A DNA stretch of 64,000 nucleotides from a virus, in the IMG/VR virus record IMGVR_UViG_3300035565_000044, positions 1-64,000 of that record; one strand, given 5' to 3'. The translations under genes were made by a program, and so were the position numbers. How positions within the stretch are numbered: position 1 is the first letter of the stretch; the number at the start of each line of letters is the position of its first letter. The notes beneath the pieces are model-generated. The model saw nothing but the letters and a program-made list of their open reading frames with translations. It was not told the DNA's origin and ran no database searches. Positions 54,471 through 63,674 of this stretch are shown here, one piece after another.

Positions 54471-54833
54471 TCATCTTCCCTTTCTGGTTACAAGTTTTTC
54501 TAAGGCTTCGTGTAGATAGCGTATCACAAACTCTCTAGGCTTCCCTCCCCATAAACACCCCTCCCTAGCCTCTATAGCGGCCTCTAGAGCCTCTTGAAAG
54601 GTAGGGCGCGGCTCCCCTAGCCTGGACCACCTAGGACGCCCAGGACCGCCCGCATAGTGAGCTCTGAGCACCTTCCTAGTCCACACCTGATATGGGCCAG
54701 TTTTTCCCTTAGCCCATACCTCAAATGTATATTTATTCTCATGGGTAGACCAAGAAATTAGCCGTATTCCATCCGGGGCGGATAGGTCAATCTCAACGCC
54801 GCTAGGCATTGACGATAATAATTTGAGGGCCAT
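54471..54833 (-). CDS. Hypothetical protein
   Basis: 120 aa; ATGA coupling with the downstream ORF. Confidence 0.55.
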   Translation of the reverse strand: MALKLLSSMPSGVEIDLSAPDGIRLISWSTHENKYTFEVWAKGKTGPYQVWTRKVLRAHYAGGPGRPRWSRLGEPRPTFQEALEAAIEAREGCLWGGKPREFVIRYLHEALEKLVTRKGR

Positions 54834-54929
54834 TTACTAATATCTCATGTATCCGCGACAGTGAAGCTGTCGCTTCAGCGAACATGAGAAAAATTTTTAC
54901 ATTTTTTTGAAAAAAAGTCAAAAAAAGTG

Positions 54930-54983
54930 TTGACTCTACCTGTGAAACACACTATATGTTGTTTCACGAGAGTTCTTTGACAA
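54930..54983 (+). promoter_or_regulatory. rrn-like promoter with UP-element A tracts and boxA, facing the early genes
   Basis: TTGACT-N17-TATATG; GTTCTTTGACAA at 54972-54983. Confidence 0.6.
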
Positions 54984-55047
54984 TTTGTTTCTCTGATGAC
55001 TGGGGCCACTAATCCGTTTGGATCAGTGGCCGCAATGCGTTGTGGGG

Positions 55048-55515
55048 TTAGTGTTCTATGCTACACACGCTAAACATGGCGTAGCCAGTAGCGATAACGT
55101 CTAACAGCTCCGCTGTCTTCTGGTTGTGGCCACGCCTTTTCCAGAAGTCGCTAAGGTTTGGGGAAAACGACATGCGGTGATAAATTTTGTTTTTTATATC
55201 AACGCTTTGTCTGATTTTTTCTTGCTCATTCTCAACTTCGCGTGGAATTTGCGAAAGTTTTTCTTCAAACATCCTGGCATCTTCAGGATTATCTAGAAAC
55301 CTGTCAAAAGACTCTATGATATCTGGTAAATGCATAACGTCTGAGCCATCAATCATAACGATTGACGCCATGGGGATAACCTTTAGAAGGTCGTCAGCGT
55401 CGGCTCGCTCCATGGGCATGGCTTTATCTTTGGTTCTACTCATGCTAAGCGCCACGTCGTCAAACGACACCATGTAGGCGCCTTGCGCCATGATAAAACA
55501 GTCTTTCTCGCTCAC
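55048..55515 (-). CDS. Hypothetical early protein
   Basis: RBS AAGGA; 155 aa. Confidence 0.6.
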   Translation of the reverse strand: MSEKDCFIMAQGAYMVSFDDVALSMSRTKDKAMPMERADADDLLKVIPMASIVMIDGSDVMHLPDIIESFDRFLDNPEDARMFEEKLSQIPREVENEQEKIRQSVDIKNKIYHRMSFSPNLSDFWKRRGHNQKTAELLDVIATGYAMFSVCSIEH

Positions 55516-55526
55516 TTAATTTCCTT

Positions 55527-55853
55527 TCAGTTAGAAACTCTCAAACGGCTTTCGATAATCTGCTCTGTGCTCATTCTGCGACGATTGGCAGTTGATAGCA
55601 CCGCCGCCGCCTTTGTGCGGAACTTACGCGCCGTGCGCTTCATTCCCTCCTGGATAATGATGATTTTGCGCCAGACTTCAAGCTGATTGTCGGCTTCCGC
55701 CTTAGCCATGCGCCATGCCGTCTTGCGATGGGCGTAGACGCCAACCACCTTAACGCGTTCATCAACCGTGACAATCGCCTCAAATGTCCCATCTTGGCGC
55801 TTGTGGGTTTGCCATTTGAATTCATGACCAAAGTAATTGAGCGTTCCCATCAT
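55527..55853 (-). CDS. Hypothetical early protein
   Basis: Purine-rich RBS; 108 aa. Confidence 0.6.
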   Translation of the reverse strand: MMGTLNYFGHEFKWQTHKRQDGTFEAIVTVDERVKVVGVYAHRKTAWRMAKAEADNQLEVWRKIIIIQEGMKRTARKFRTKAAAVLSTANRRRMSTEQIIESRLRVSN

Positions 55854-55869
55854 GGTATCCCTTCCCTTT

Positions 55870-56064
55870 CTAATCTAAAATTCCCATCCTCTTACGGCAG
55901 ATGGGGCATAGTCCGCTAATAATCTTTATTCTCTTGTAGACTCCACCACAAGTTATGCAACGTAGGTGATAGTAGTCCAGAGCACGACGTTTCTTCTTCT
56001 TCTCAAACGCCACTGTCCCACGCTTCAGTCTAGCCTTATGGTTGTCTCTGTGTCCTTTCCCCAT
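55870..56064 (-). CDS. Small basic Zn-finger-like protein
   Basis: C..C...CP.C; RBS GAGGT. Confidence 0.6.
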   Translation of the reverse strand: MGKGHRDNHKARLKRGTVAFEKKKKRRALDYYHLRCITCGGVYKRIKIISGLCPICRKRMGILD

Positions 56065-56122
56065 CAGTTTACCTCTTAAAGGTTAACAAAATGAAAACGC
56101 CCAGGAGTTACCCCAGGCGTTT

Positions 56123-56138
56123 CGTTTCACGTGGAACT
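56123..56138. promoter_or_regulatory. parS-like palindrome 12
   Basis: CGTTTCACGTGGAACT. Confidence 0.7.
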
Positions 56139-56661
56139 ATTCATCAACCTTGAAAGGTTTAGACCAAACGTCTCGCTCAAAGCTTCTGGATAGGGCGTCA
56201 ACTAGATTGGCGTCTACAGGACGGTCATCGCTATGGTTATGTTCCATGCTGGTTAGGGAAACGCCGTCATTAATCATCTCCGCCGCCGCTTCTTCGAAGC
56301 TAACCTTGCACTTTTCCCCCTTACGTGGCGTGTATGTCTCTAGCTCTGGTTCTTCTCCCAAAAGATATCTGGCTCTTTCAGGAGTTATGATTTCATGGGC
56401 TAGATGACACTGACTAAGCGGTGGAAGGTCAATACTCTCTACAGGCGTGCGCCCATCCTCCCAGTGCAGCCCCTCAGCTCCACATGGCTCTGTTACCTTG
56501 CTGTGGTAGATCACCGAGCCATCTGTTTTAAGCGCGACACGGACCACAGAAGCGTGAGCATCATTTCCATTAATGGCGTATACAGCGAGATTACACTTGC
56601 AGTCTATGCCATATGGTTGCCCATGTACACAATTTGGGCAAGTCTTTTTCATTCCGTCCAT
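56137..56661 (-). CDS. Hypothetical Cys-containing protein
   Basis: C.NC.H..C..CG.EG..WE pattern. Confidence 0.6.
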   Translation of the reverse strand: MDGMKKTCPNCVHGQPYGIDCKCNLAVYAINGNDAHASVVRVALKTDGSVIYHSKVTEPCGAEGLHWEDGRTPVESIDLPPLSQCHLAHEIITPERARYLLGEEPELETYTPRKGEKCKVSFEEAAAEMINDGVSLTSMEHNHSDDRPVDANLVDALSRSFERDVWSKPFKVDE

Positions 56662-56674
56662 GGCATTAGCCTTT

Positions 56675-57007
56675 CTACTTAATAGGAAACATGCGAGCTA
56701 TTATTTCTTCGTCTGTTTCCTTCTCTATCGCTTTAGTAGCGCTACGCGTCTTTGCTATTTCTGCAAATGCGCGTATGTCTCCTAGATGCGCAATCCTCTC
56801 CACCTCCATCAGCGCGTTACAGATGTAAGGCGCCAGCGTTACAAAATCTTGGTATTCTTCCATTCCGTACATGCGAAATTCTGAATTTATTGGACCTTGA
56901 TAGTATTTGTAACACTGAGAAATATATTCAATGGCTACGCGCGCAACGCGCATATGATGCTCGTTGGGGGTAACGCTCTGAATTGGCTCAGCTTCTTTGT
57001 GTTTCAC
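56675..57007 (-). CDS. Hypothetical early protein
   Basis: RBS GAAAGGAAAG. Confidence 0.6.
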   Translation of the reverse strand: MKHKEAEPIQSVTPNEHHMRVARVAIEYISQCYKYYQGPINSEFRMYGMEEYQDFVTLAPYICNALMEVERIAHLGDIRAFAEIAKTRSATKAIEKETDEEIIARMFPIK

Positions 57008-57066
57008 AGTCTTTCCTTTCGTACAGGGAAGGGCGAGCTAGCCTAAGCTAACCCGCCGTATTGTTT

Positions 57067-57681
57067 TTACAGTCCTTCTGCGTCTTCGTACACGTCATAT
57101 GGGTTGCAAAGTTCAGGCTCGGCAATCACATTCCCATAAACATCATGAGTAATATCAGCTCTACTCATGAACTCAGGAATAATTTCCAGTACACTACGTA
57201 TGCATACTTCTTTCTGCCTAAGCTTTTTTACAAAGCTTTCTTCAATATCATGAATAGCGTCTTCGTAGTTTCTATTAGCCCTAGTGTGGGCGTCTTCACG
57301 TCTGCGCAAATTTTCACGGTTCTTTATAAAATCTTCTGTTCCGTGTTCTCTGTTGTAGATATTAAAGTCTAGTTCTGCGGCCTTGGCGTTGTCGTCCCTG
57401 TTTCTCTCAGCTTGAGTCATTTCAAGGTCTTTTATATAGTGCTCTTCTAGGGTAAGAGTTGGATAAGGCGGAACCTTTATGTCATGGATAGTGCGCCAGT
57501 TAACGCCAAGGCGCACGTTCGCCATTTTCTTCTGAAAAAAATTCAGAAATTCAAACGCTTGCTTATGATTTATAACTTCTTCCCAATTCTTACACTCAAT
57601 AAGCGCTCGATAAGTTCCGCAGCTTTGGGTAGCTCCTACGTACTGCGCCCATGCCGCCATTTGTTTGACTGTGACTGCCAT
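57067..57681 (-). CDS. Hypothetical early protein
   Basis: RBS GAAAGGAAAG; 204 aa. Confidence 0.65.
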   Translation of the reverse strand: MAVTVKQMAAWAQYVGATQSCGTYRALIECKNWEEVINHKQAFEFLNFFQKKMANVRLGVNWRTIHDIKVPPYPTLTLEEHYIKDLEMTQAERNRDDNAKAAELDFNIYNREHGTEDFIKNRENLRRREDAHTRANRNYEDAIHDIEESFVKKLRQKEVCIRSVLEIIPEFMSRADITHDVYGNVIAEPELCNPYDVYEDAEGL

Positions 57682-57742
57682 ATTAGTCTTTCCTTTCGTC
57701 AGTGACGCCCTTGGCGCCTGTGTTAGGGTATGATAGAGAAAC

Positions 57743-57952
57743 TTAATTATTAGTTACCTTTCCGCTTATTTTCACCTCGCCTTCCGCTATTTCGCGAAGC
57801 GTGCTTACATCTACGTCAAAGCCAACAACGATACGCAAGTTATTGTTATAATTGCGTAATACGTAGTCCCACGCTTCGATTGCGTTCTCTAAGCCAAACT
57901 CTTTAACGCGCGCACGGTCAACATCATCAGTTTCGAATATATGAATTTTCAT
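57743..57952 (-). CDS. Hypothetical early protein
   Basis: RBS GGGAAAG. Confidence 0.55.
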   Translation of the reverse strand: MKIHIFETDDVDRARVKEFGLENAIEAWDYVLRNYNNNLRIVVGFDVDVSTLREIAEGEVKISGKVTNN

Positions 57953-58204
57953 TTCTTTCCCTTCTCGTATCGTTCGATCTTAGCGCGGTTAGCAGCTCTA
58001 AGCGATGCTGCACGTATGGCTTGGGTTACGCCTGTGCGCCCGTTAGACGCTAGCGCCACTCTCAACGACAAATCTATTGAAATGGCCATGCGTTCGTCAA
58101 ACACCTTTGCGAATTTGATATCCATGCTACACCCCTTCTAAAACCGCCTACGTTGGGCCGTGGCGGCTTTAAGAGAGGGGCAGGCTCTACACCTGCCCAT
58201 GATG

Positions 58205-59215
58205 CTAATTGCCGTGTACAAGCGCCCTTGTGACGTTGTCAAAGAAACTCAACTCAAGGCCAAGCTCCCTTGCAATCCTTACGCTTTCAGCGCGTTCAAT
58301 CAAATGACAACCGGCCTTTATGTCGCCATTGGGATAAACGCAATTGACGGTAAAAGAACCTACGCGTTTATTGATCTCGAACGTACTAACGATTCTCATA
58401 GAGCTTAGAAGCTTGTCCGTGGTTTTAAACAGCTCCACAGCTTCACTAAGAGGGACACGGGCGCCGAGTGATGTTTCTAACGTGTCGCCCTTCACTCTGA
58501 GATATGCGCCGCCGCTTGGCGTCTTGAAGCCTTCCCAAGGCAACCTGACGTGAGCGCCTTTCATCCATTCCGTTAACGCCTCAAGTTGCGACAGCCTAAG
58601 CAGGCGCTCTTGTTCGGTCTTGGCATCCAGTCGTTTCTTCTCACGCTTAGCGCGGGCAGCAACCTTCTTTGGATCGTTCGCCGCAAGGGCTAGGCGCTCA
58701 AATCTGGCGTTAATACGCGCCCAGTCGGCGCCGTAGTCGATTGCAGGTTCTTCAAGGTCGAATATGAGACAATATCCGGAAACGTCTCCACGGGAGCGCA
58801 AAAGAAAATTCCGCCCGTATTGGTTCCATTCGTCAGATTTTATCGCGCGTTCATATCTGTTAACGCCTGCTCTGTATTGACTTACAAGGTAATCAATGTT
58901 TTCCTTGTGCCTTATCCTGCTATCTCCGAAATCTGGCTCAATCCAAGGGACGACATAGCTGTGAACAAGATGCTTAGTCGCCACTTGTGCAAGGCCGAAA
59001 TGTTTACTTGTAGAGTTAGACCGATTGCGCGCTGCAATGTTAAGAAGTACAACTGATATATCATCTTTTTTTATGATATTTGCTATATTCATTGCGTATG
59101 AATATAATTTTGTTCCTAAAAAAGATATTGTGTTTTTAGCGTTGTTCGCTTCATCCTGCGTTTGCGCCGCCCACAAATGCGCAACCATTGCTGAGTTAAC
59201 TACTTTACGAGTCAT
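58205..59215 (-). CDS. Phage hypothetical protein
   Basis: VAHLWA.Q.Q..LYSY..IA..S.STSKH and LETS.GA.VP..AGCH.I patterns. Confidence 0.75.
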   Translation of the reverse strand: MTRKVVNSAMVAHLWAAQTQDEANNAKNTISFLGTKLYSYAMNIANIIKKDDISVVLLNIAARNRSNSTSKHFGLAQVATKHLVHSYVVPWIEPDFGDSRIRHKENIDYLVSQYRAGVNRYERAIKSDEWNQYGRNFLLRSRGDVSGYCLIFDLEEPAIDYGADWARINARFERLALAANDPKKVAARAKREKKRLDAKTEQERLLRLSQLEALTEWMKGAHVRLPWEGFKTPSGGAYLRVKGDTLETSLGARVPLSEAVELFKTTDKLLSSMRIVSTFEINKRVGSFTVNCVYPNGDIKAGCHLIERAESVRIARELGLELSFFDNVTRALVHGN

Positions 59216-59295
59216 AGTCTTTCCTTTCTTGAGTTAACGTCTACACGCTAGCAGCCACAGCGGCGCCATGGCTGCTAACATTTAGGCATTATCTC

Positions 59296-59529
59296 TTATT
59301 CCCATCCTTCCGGATTCTGCGCCTTTTCCGCTGTCATAACGTCAATAATATTCTGCAACATGCTTATTAGCAGTTTAATCTCGTCAATTTTTATAGGTAT
59401 TGATTGAGACTCATGCGAAAATTCATTTGCTTCTAGATACGCGCATTTCCTATAATTTTCGTATGAAATTGAAATGTAGTCGTCATAATATGTATGAAGT
59501 GTATGTTTTACTTCATCCTTTCCTTTCAT
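59296..59529 (-). CDS. Hypothetical early protein
   Basis: ATGA coupling. Confidence 0.55.
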   Translation of the reverse strand: MKGKDEVKHTLHTYYDDYISISYENYRKCAYLEANEFSHESQSIPIKIDEIKLLISMLQNIIDVMTAEKAQNPEGWE

Positions 59530-59777
59530 CTTTTCCTTACCTTTATCGAATTTCCAGGCGAGAAAAAGTTCTGCTCAAACTTGGGATGCTTCCAAGCTGT
59601 TTCGCGCCTCATAAGGTTCTCTGCGCTTTTCTTCGCTTGCGCCGCAGTCTCTAATACGCCCCATGCGCCGCCTACGGACTGCTTAGCCAAAACTTCGCCG
59701 CTAGCGGTTATCTTTATGGCGTGATACGTCCATTTCCAATATGAACGCAGTAGCGCCTTTTCCTTAGCTGACAGCAT
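59526..59777 (-). CDS. Hypothetical early protein
   Basis: RBS GGAAGGA. Confidence 0.55.
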   Translation of the reverse strand: MLSAKEKALLRSYWKWTYHAIKITASGEVLAKQSVGGAWGVLETAAQAKKSAENLMRRETAWKHPKFEQNFFSPGNSIKVRKR

Positions 59778-60153
59778 TGTCCTTCCTTTGCGCCGCCTTC
59801 AACATCAACTCAGCGAAAAATTCTTCCATATTTTTCCTATATTTTTTCTCTTCTCTCACTTTCCTTAAGCGCTGCGCCTTTGTCGCTGGCGCCTTCTTAT
59901 ATTCTCCCCTAACAGCGTCGTCTAATTCCTTTAATAAATAGTTAATTAGCTTATGCTGCTCATCATGCCAAGCCTGATACTCCACATTATTTTCAGCAAT
60001 AACGCTTGCGAGTTGCCCCACTTCAGGCATGGGTTTATATGGGTTGTCGTAATGGTGGAGACTGGCGCTTGTGAGAATTGATTTGATATCTCTGTATGGT
60101 ATCCCTGATATGGTAACGTTTCCGTCCTTATGGAGTTTGACGCGTAGGCTCAT
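59764..60153 (-). CDS. Hypothetical early protein
   Basis: RBS AAGGAAAGGG before MSLRVK. Confidence 0.6.
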   Translation of the reverse strand: MSLRVKLHKDGNVTISGIPYRDIKSILTSASLHHYDNPYKPMPEVGQLASVIAENNVEYQAWHDEQHKLINYLLKELDDAVRGEYKKAPATKAQRLRKVREEKKYRKNMEEFFAELMLKAAQRKDNAVS

Positions 60154-60166
60154 ACCCTTTCCTTTC

Positions 60167-60182
60167 CGTTTCACATGAAACA
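60167..60182. promoter_or_regulatory. parS-like palindrome 13
   Basis: CGTTTCACATGAAACA. Confidence 0.65.
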
Positions 60183-60236
60183 AAACCATGCTAACGCCCA
60201 TGCCACGGCATAGGCGTTAACATTGTTCTGTTACCT

Positions 60237-60440
60237 TTATCTTATTTCCATGGCTGACTCTATTAGAGTCTTAAGCATTAAAATTTCACCACTATCCATT
60301 TTCGCGTATATTTCCCCGCCATCCTCAATCTGTATGGTTAAGGTAAATTCTTTTGTACCATTAACATGTCTAATTGACATTTTCTCTTTGTCGTCAATGG
60401 TGAATTTATGAATTGCTATTTCCTCAATCTTGTAAGTCAT
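60237..60440 (-). CDS. Hypothetical early protein
   Basis: RBS GGAAGGT. Confidence 0.55.
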   Translation of the reverse strand: MTYKIEEIAIHKFTIDDKEKMSIRHVNGTKEFTLTIQIEDGGEIYAKMDSGEILMLKTLIESAMEIR

Positions 60441-60453
60441 GCGTTTTACCTTC

Positions 60454-60672
60454 CTATCTGTTGAGCATAGCTCTCATGGCGTCAATAGTTTCTGAAAGTT
60501 TACGCAAATCGTCTGCGTAAAGACTCATAACAAAGAACTTCTTTTCCCCCTCTATTCCATGGGTTATTGAAAAGCGCACACATGGCGATGTTTCGTTGTC
60601 ATAGTTAATCTTTACAAATTCACCTGTTGACGCTTCAAAGCTGACTTGAGTTGTTATTCTAACCTCACCCAT
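60454..60672 (-). CDS. Hypothetical early protein
   Basis: RBS AGAAAGGAAAG. Confidence 0.6.
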   Translation of the reverse strand: MGEVRITTQVSFEASTGEFVKINYDNETSPCVRFSITHGIEGEKKFFVMSLYADDLRKLSETIDAMRAMLNR

Positions 60673-60735
60673 GCGCTTTCCTTTCTTGCTAGGGTTACTA
60701 AATTGGGCGAATTTCGCCCAATTGGATAATCCCAG

Positions 60736-60963
60736 CTATTCAGGTAACGCCCTAAGCGCCTTGTACGTAGGCTTACCTTTGCCGCCTATAGCCTTCCATG
60801 CGGCGTCTGCGGCGTCTCCATCCTTGCACCAGTTATTCCCTACGCCTGTTATGGTATCCCTGACGCCACCCATAAAGCGCTCTAGACGCATGGCGTCTTG
60901 CGCCCATGGATAACGTTTTAGGAGTTCTGCACGTAGGGCGACTAAAAATCCTGTTCTGGTCAT
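60736..60963 (-). CDS. Hypothetical early protein
   Basis: RBS AGAAAGGAAAG. Confidence 0.6.
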   Translation of the reverse strand: MTRTGFLVALRAELLKRYPWAQDAMRLERFMGGVRDTITGVGNNWCKDGDAADAAWKAIGGKGKPTYKALRALPE

Positions 60964-61017
60964 ACGCTTTCCTTTCTAGCTTGGTTAAATGAGCTTATTT
61001 CTGTGGGCTGGCGCCTG

Positions 61018-61272
61018 TTACAACTGAAAATAGTTGTGCGGTTTATATTCTGGATTAACTTCGTTTTGCATAAACGCGCACCACGTATCAGCATCGCGCA
61101 GAAGTCCTATGCGCTCAATAACACTAGCTGTGTCACAGAGCACGCGAGCTTTATCCGCGCTAGGCGCTTCTGCCATCTCCTCAATGGTCCGCATGTAGAG
61201 CGGACAAACAAATTCCTTTAATGGCTTAACCATTGCTAGAATTACGATGGCTTTAACAACTTCATCCATCAC
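61018..61272 (-). CDS. Hypothetical early protein
   Basis: Start overlaps the upstream stop codon. Confidence 0.55.
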   Translation of the reverse strand: MMDEVVKAIVILAMVKPLKEFVCPLYMRTIEEMAEAPSADKARVLCDTASVIERIGLLRDADTWCAFMQNEVNPEYKPHNYFQL

Positions 61273-61763
61273 AGAACCAATTCCCCATCTGCATCAACAA
61301 TGTTAGTCAAACATGTAAGAAACGTATCTGCTATGTACTCTTTTATGTCTCTGTAGTTTTTACCAGTGACTTTTATGTTAATTTCGCCAAAGCATGGCGT
61401 TACTATTACTGTGTGGTCCGTCCATCCACAGTAATAACCGTTGCTATTCATGTGATGAAATGCAGTGATAAAGATAAGCTTGTCATCTGTTGACTTGTCA
61501 AAGTTAAACTGCGTTCCCTTGTCAAAACCACTACCGCTAGGCATATGCGCCTTGCATGCGTGCTCAATGGCGTGTAAGTGGCCATGAAAGTTTTGATATA
61601 AATGCTCAGCTTGCTTTTGCGTTTGCTTGGCGTTGTAGTTATCGCCTTTGGCTTCATATGCCTTGCTTCTGCATTCCGCTTCTGCCTCTAACTTTCCGCA
61701 GTTGCGCATGGCGTTAGCCTTCAGCGCCATGTAATAGTACAGCGGTTTGTTATGGAGTATCAT
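61269..61763 (-). CDS. Phage hypothetical protein
   Basis: MPSGSGFD.G..FHHM..NG.Y.GWT.H.VIVTP pattern. Confidence 0.75.
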   Translation of the reverse strand: MILHNKPLYYYMALKANAMRNCGKLEAEAECRSKAYEAKGDNYNAKQTQKQAEHLYQNFHGHLHAIEHACKAHMPSGSGFDKGTQFNFDKSTDDKLIFITAFHHMNSNGYYCGWTDHTVIVTPCFGEINIKVTGKNYRDIKEYIADTFLTCLTNIVDADGELVL

Positions 61764-61995
61764 AGGTTACTAATCCTTTCTTGCGCGGCCTTCCATGATA
61801 CCAATAATAAGCCTGTTGGCCCAATGGGCCACGCGTGACTTTGAACTTACAATCAGGCTCATTTTTCCGATATATTTTAAGCCATATTTCTGTTGTTCCA
61901 TCGGTTAGCGTCATGACTAGACGCCAACAGTTAGGCTTGGGCGCACGGGGATTGTAGCGCCATAGCCTTTCATAACTGGCGTATTCTATCGCCAT
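61750..61995 (-). CDS. Hypothetical early protein
   Basis: RBS AGGAAGG. Confidence 0.55.
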   Translation of the reverse strand: MAIEYASYERLWRYNPRAPKPNCWRLVMTLTDGTTEIWLKIYRKNEPDCKFKVTRGPLGQQAYYWYHGRPRKKGLVTYDTP

Positions 61996-62048
61996 GGCTT
62001 GCCTTCCTTAGCGTAAGGCGCCGCCCACAGAAATAAGCTCATATCTAG

Positions 62049-63444
62049 GCATGCAATCTTAGAGCCTCATTGCGCTAGGCTAGTTAGATGTTAGTCTGAG
62101 AACTTGGCAAGAAGTGAATAAGCAGCAAACTCGTATTCGCGGCGTTTTTCCTGAATACGAATAGTTTTTGCAGCTTCTGTTAACGCCTCATGCGCATCAA
62201 ACACAGTTTCTATTGGATGCTGATTAGCATTGAAACCAATCTGCATAATCTTCTGCGTTTCTCCCTTGCCAATGGCTCTAACAAAAAGGCGCTGCAAGAA
62301 ATGCATTCTCGCCTCGTCTTTGTCATCATTCTTTTTGGAGTCAGTGATAGCCTTAATTCTTTCATTCTTCATTCCAGTTACCTGTTTAATGAAGGATGAA
62401 ATTTCTAGAGCGCTATCAAATATCTCGTCAGATTGACGGTTAATGCGCAGATTACCATTTTTGGTATGGTTAATCCGATGGGTTTTCTTCCCCATGACGC
62501 CACGCAAAGAAAGATTACAGCATACGCCTTGCAGCATCATACCTGTGAACCACGTAGACTGTGATTTTACCTCACTTCCACCAAACATTAAGCCTGGAAA
62601 GAATATATCAGGTAAACCACGACGCGTTTTTCCTATCTCTATAGGGTGGCCGTCTTGACATACAAAACACTGCATATCTTCCGGCCCCATAAAGAGACTG
62701 TTCTGCGCGTCCATATCATAGGGGTTATGCTCCATTGTTCCCCAGTTGATTTTTCCTGGAGTTTTCCACTTGAGCGGATTATTAGCCGTCAAATCACCTA
62801 GCAATGGGCGCAGCGCCCGCAAGAGTTGGGCGTTTGTCGTCCGTGTTTCTGGCGTAAACGCCAGCGAGCGCAATTCCCGTATGTCACCTTCGCCCCCATC
62901 CGCCGTGTACGCCGTTATTTTAGCGTCGGGCGCCAAATCCTTTAAACCTTCACGCAGAATTCTAGCCGCCCGTTTTGCATCGGGCAGCTTACGTAAATAG
63001 TTAGCTGGGATAGGCGTTTCCGCCGCTGCACATAACTGTGTAAACGCTAAATGCGTTGGATCGACGGGGATATATTCCCCCCTATGATTTGGAATAATAA
63101 TTTCCATGCTATCTGACACGACAATGTTGTGAATGTTCACTGTGTTGTCGTGGGAAATGCTTTCCCAATGCTCAGCGGCGTTTAAAAGTTCGTCAAACGA
63201 TGAAAACGTTTCATCGTCAGGACGCGTCGCCCATTGCTTAGACATGCTCCAGTCTACATCACCCATACGGTCAGGATTGACCTTATAAGCTCCAGATACA
63301 CGGCGCCCGTCATAGACAGGCTTAGTGTCCGCAACAACGTCAAACTTAGCGTCAATGATGGCTGGATTGTTGTTAGTCATGATTGCATTTCCTCTTGTGA
63401 TAGATTGTGAGAAAGAAACGCAATGAGGCTATAGGATTGCATGC
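62049..63444. repeat. Inverted repeat pair A (arms 62049-62074 and 63419-63444) bracketing the DUF932-like gene
   Basis: GCATGCAATC(T/C)TA(G/T)AGCCTCATTGCG, 24/26 match. Confidence 0.85.
62091..63380 (-). CDS. DUF932-like protein
   Basis: S.QWA.RPDDE.F.S, F.QLC, PA.YL, SEV, and VC.N..I.H motifs. Confidence 0.7.
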   Translation of the reverse strand: MTNNNPAIIDAKFDVVADTKPVYDGRRVSGAYKVNPDRMGDVDWSMSKQWATRPDDETFSSFDELLNAAEHWESISHDNTVNIHNIVVSDSMEIIIPNHRGEYIPVDPTHLAFTQLCAAAETPIPANYLRKLPDAKRAARILREGLKDLAPDAKITAYTADGGEGDIRELRSLAFTPETRTTNAQLLRALRPLLGDLTANNPLKWKTPGKINWGTMEHNPYDMDAQNSLFMGPEDMQCFVCQDGHPIEIGKTRRGLPDIFFPGLMFGGSEVKSQSTWFTGMMLQGVCCNLSLRGVMGKKTHRINHTKNGNLRINRQSDEIFDSALEISSFIKQVTGMKNERIKAITDSKKNDDKDEARMHFLQRLFVRAIGKGETQKIMQIGFNANQHPIETVFDAHEALTEAAKTIRIQEKRREYEFAAYSLLAKFSD

Positions 63445-63485
63445 TAGGCTAGATACGGACTTGCTATTGCTGGCGCCAGTGTGGG

Positions 63486-63674
63486 TTATTTCTCAAGAAT
63501 TTTATGCAATGGCTTCATTACATGCTTAACCAATTCATTCTTTGCCATCACAAGATTTGTACGGCAAAGCAATGGCAATCCAGGTATTTGTAACACCTGT
63601 TCTATCATGTAGGTTGAACGCTCAACCCACTTGATAACCATGGATATTTGCGCCCGTTCTTCGCCGTCTATCAT
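63486..63674 (-). CDS. Hypothetical early protein
   Basis: ATGA coupling. Confidence 0.5.
   Translation of the reverse strand: MIDGEERAQISMVIKWVERSTYMIEQVLQIPGLPLLCRTNLVMAKNELVKHVMKPLHKILEK

Larger units (their letters stand above)
60989..62042. repeat. Inverted repeat pair B (arms 60989-61016 and 62016-62042) bracketing three genes
   Basis: ATGAGCTTATTTCTGTGGGC(T)GGCGCCT; arms identical except for one indel. Confidence 0.85.

Noticed and set aside
54993-55035. Hammerhead ribozyme (CTGATGA followed by a stem)
   Set aside because: No GAAA follows the stem, and stems I and III are not evident.
59931-59945. Perfect TTAA-N7-TTAA box
   Set aside because: It lies mid-CDS in AT-rich sequence and is probably chance.
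38265-60978. Recurrent AGAAAGGAAAG motif as a phage-specific promoter or operator
   Set aside because: It sits a few nt upstream of start codons and is best explained as an extended Shine-Dalgarno sequence.
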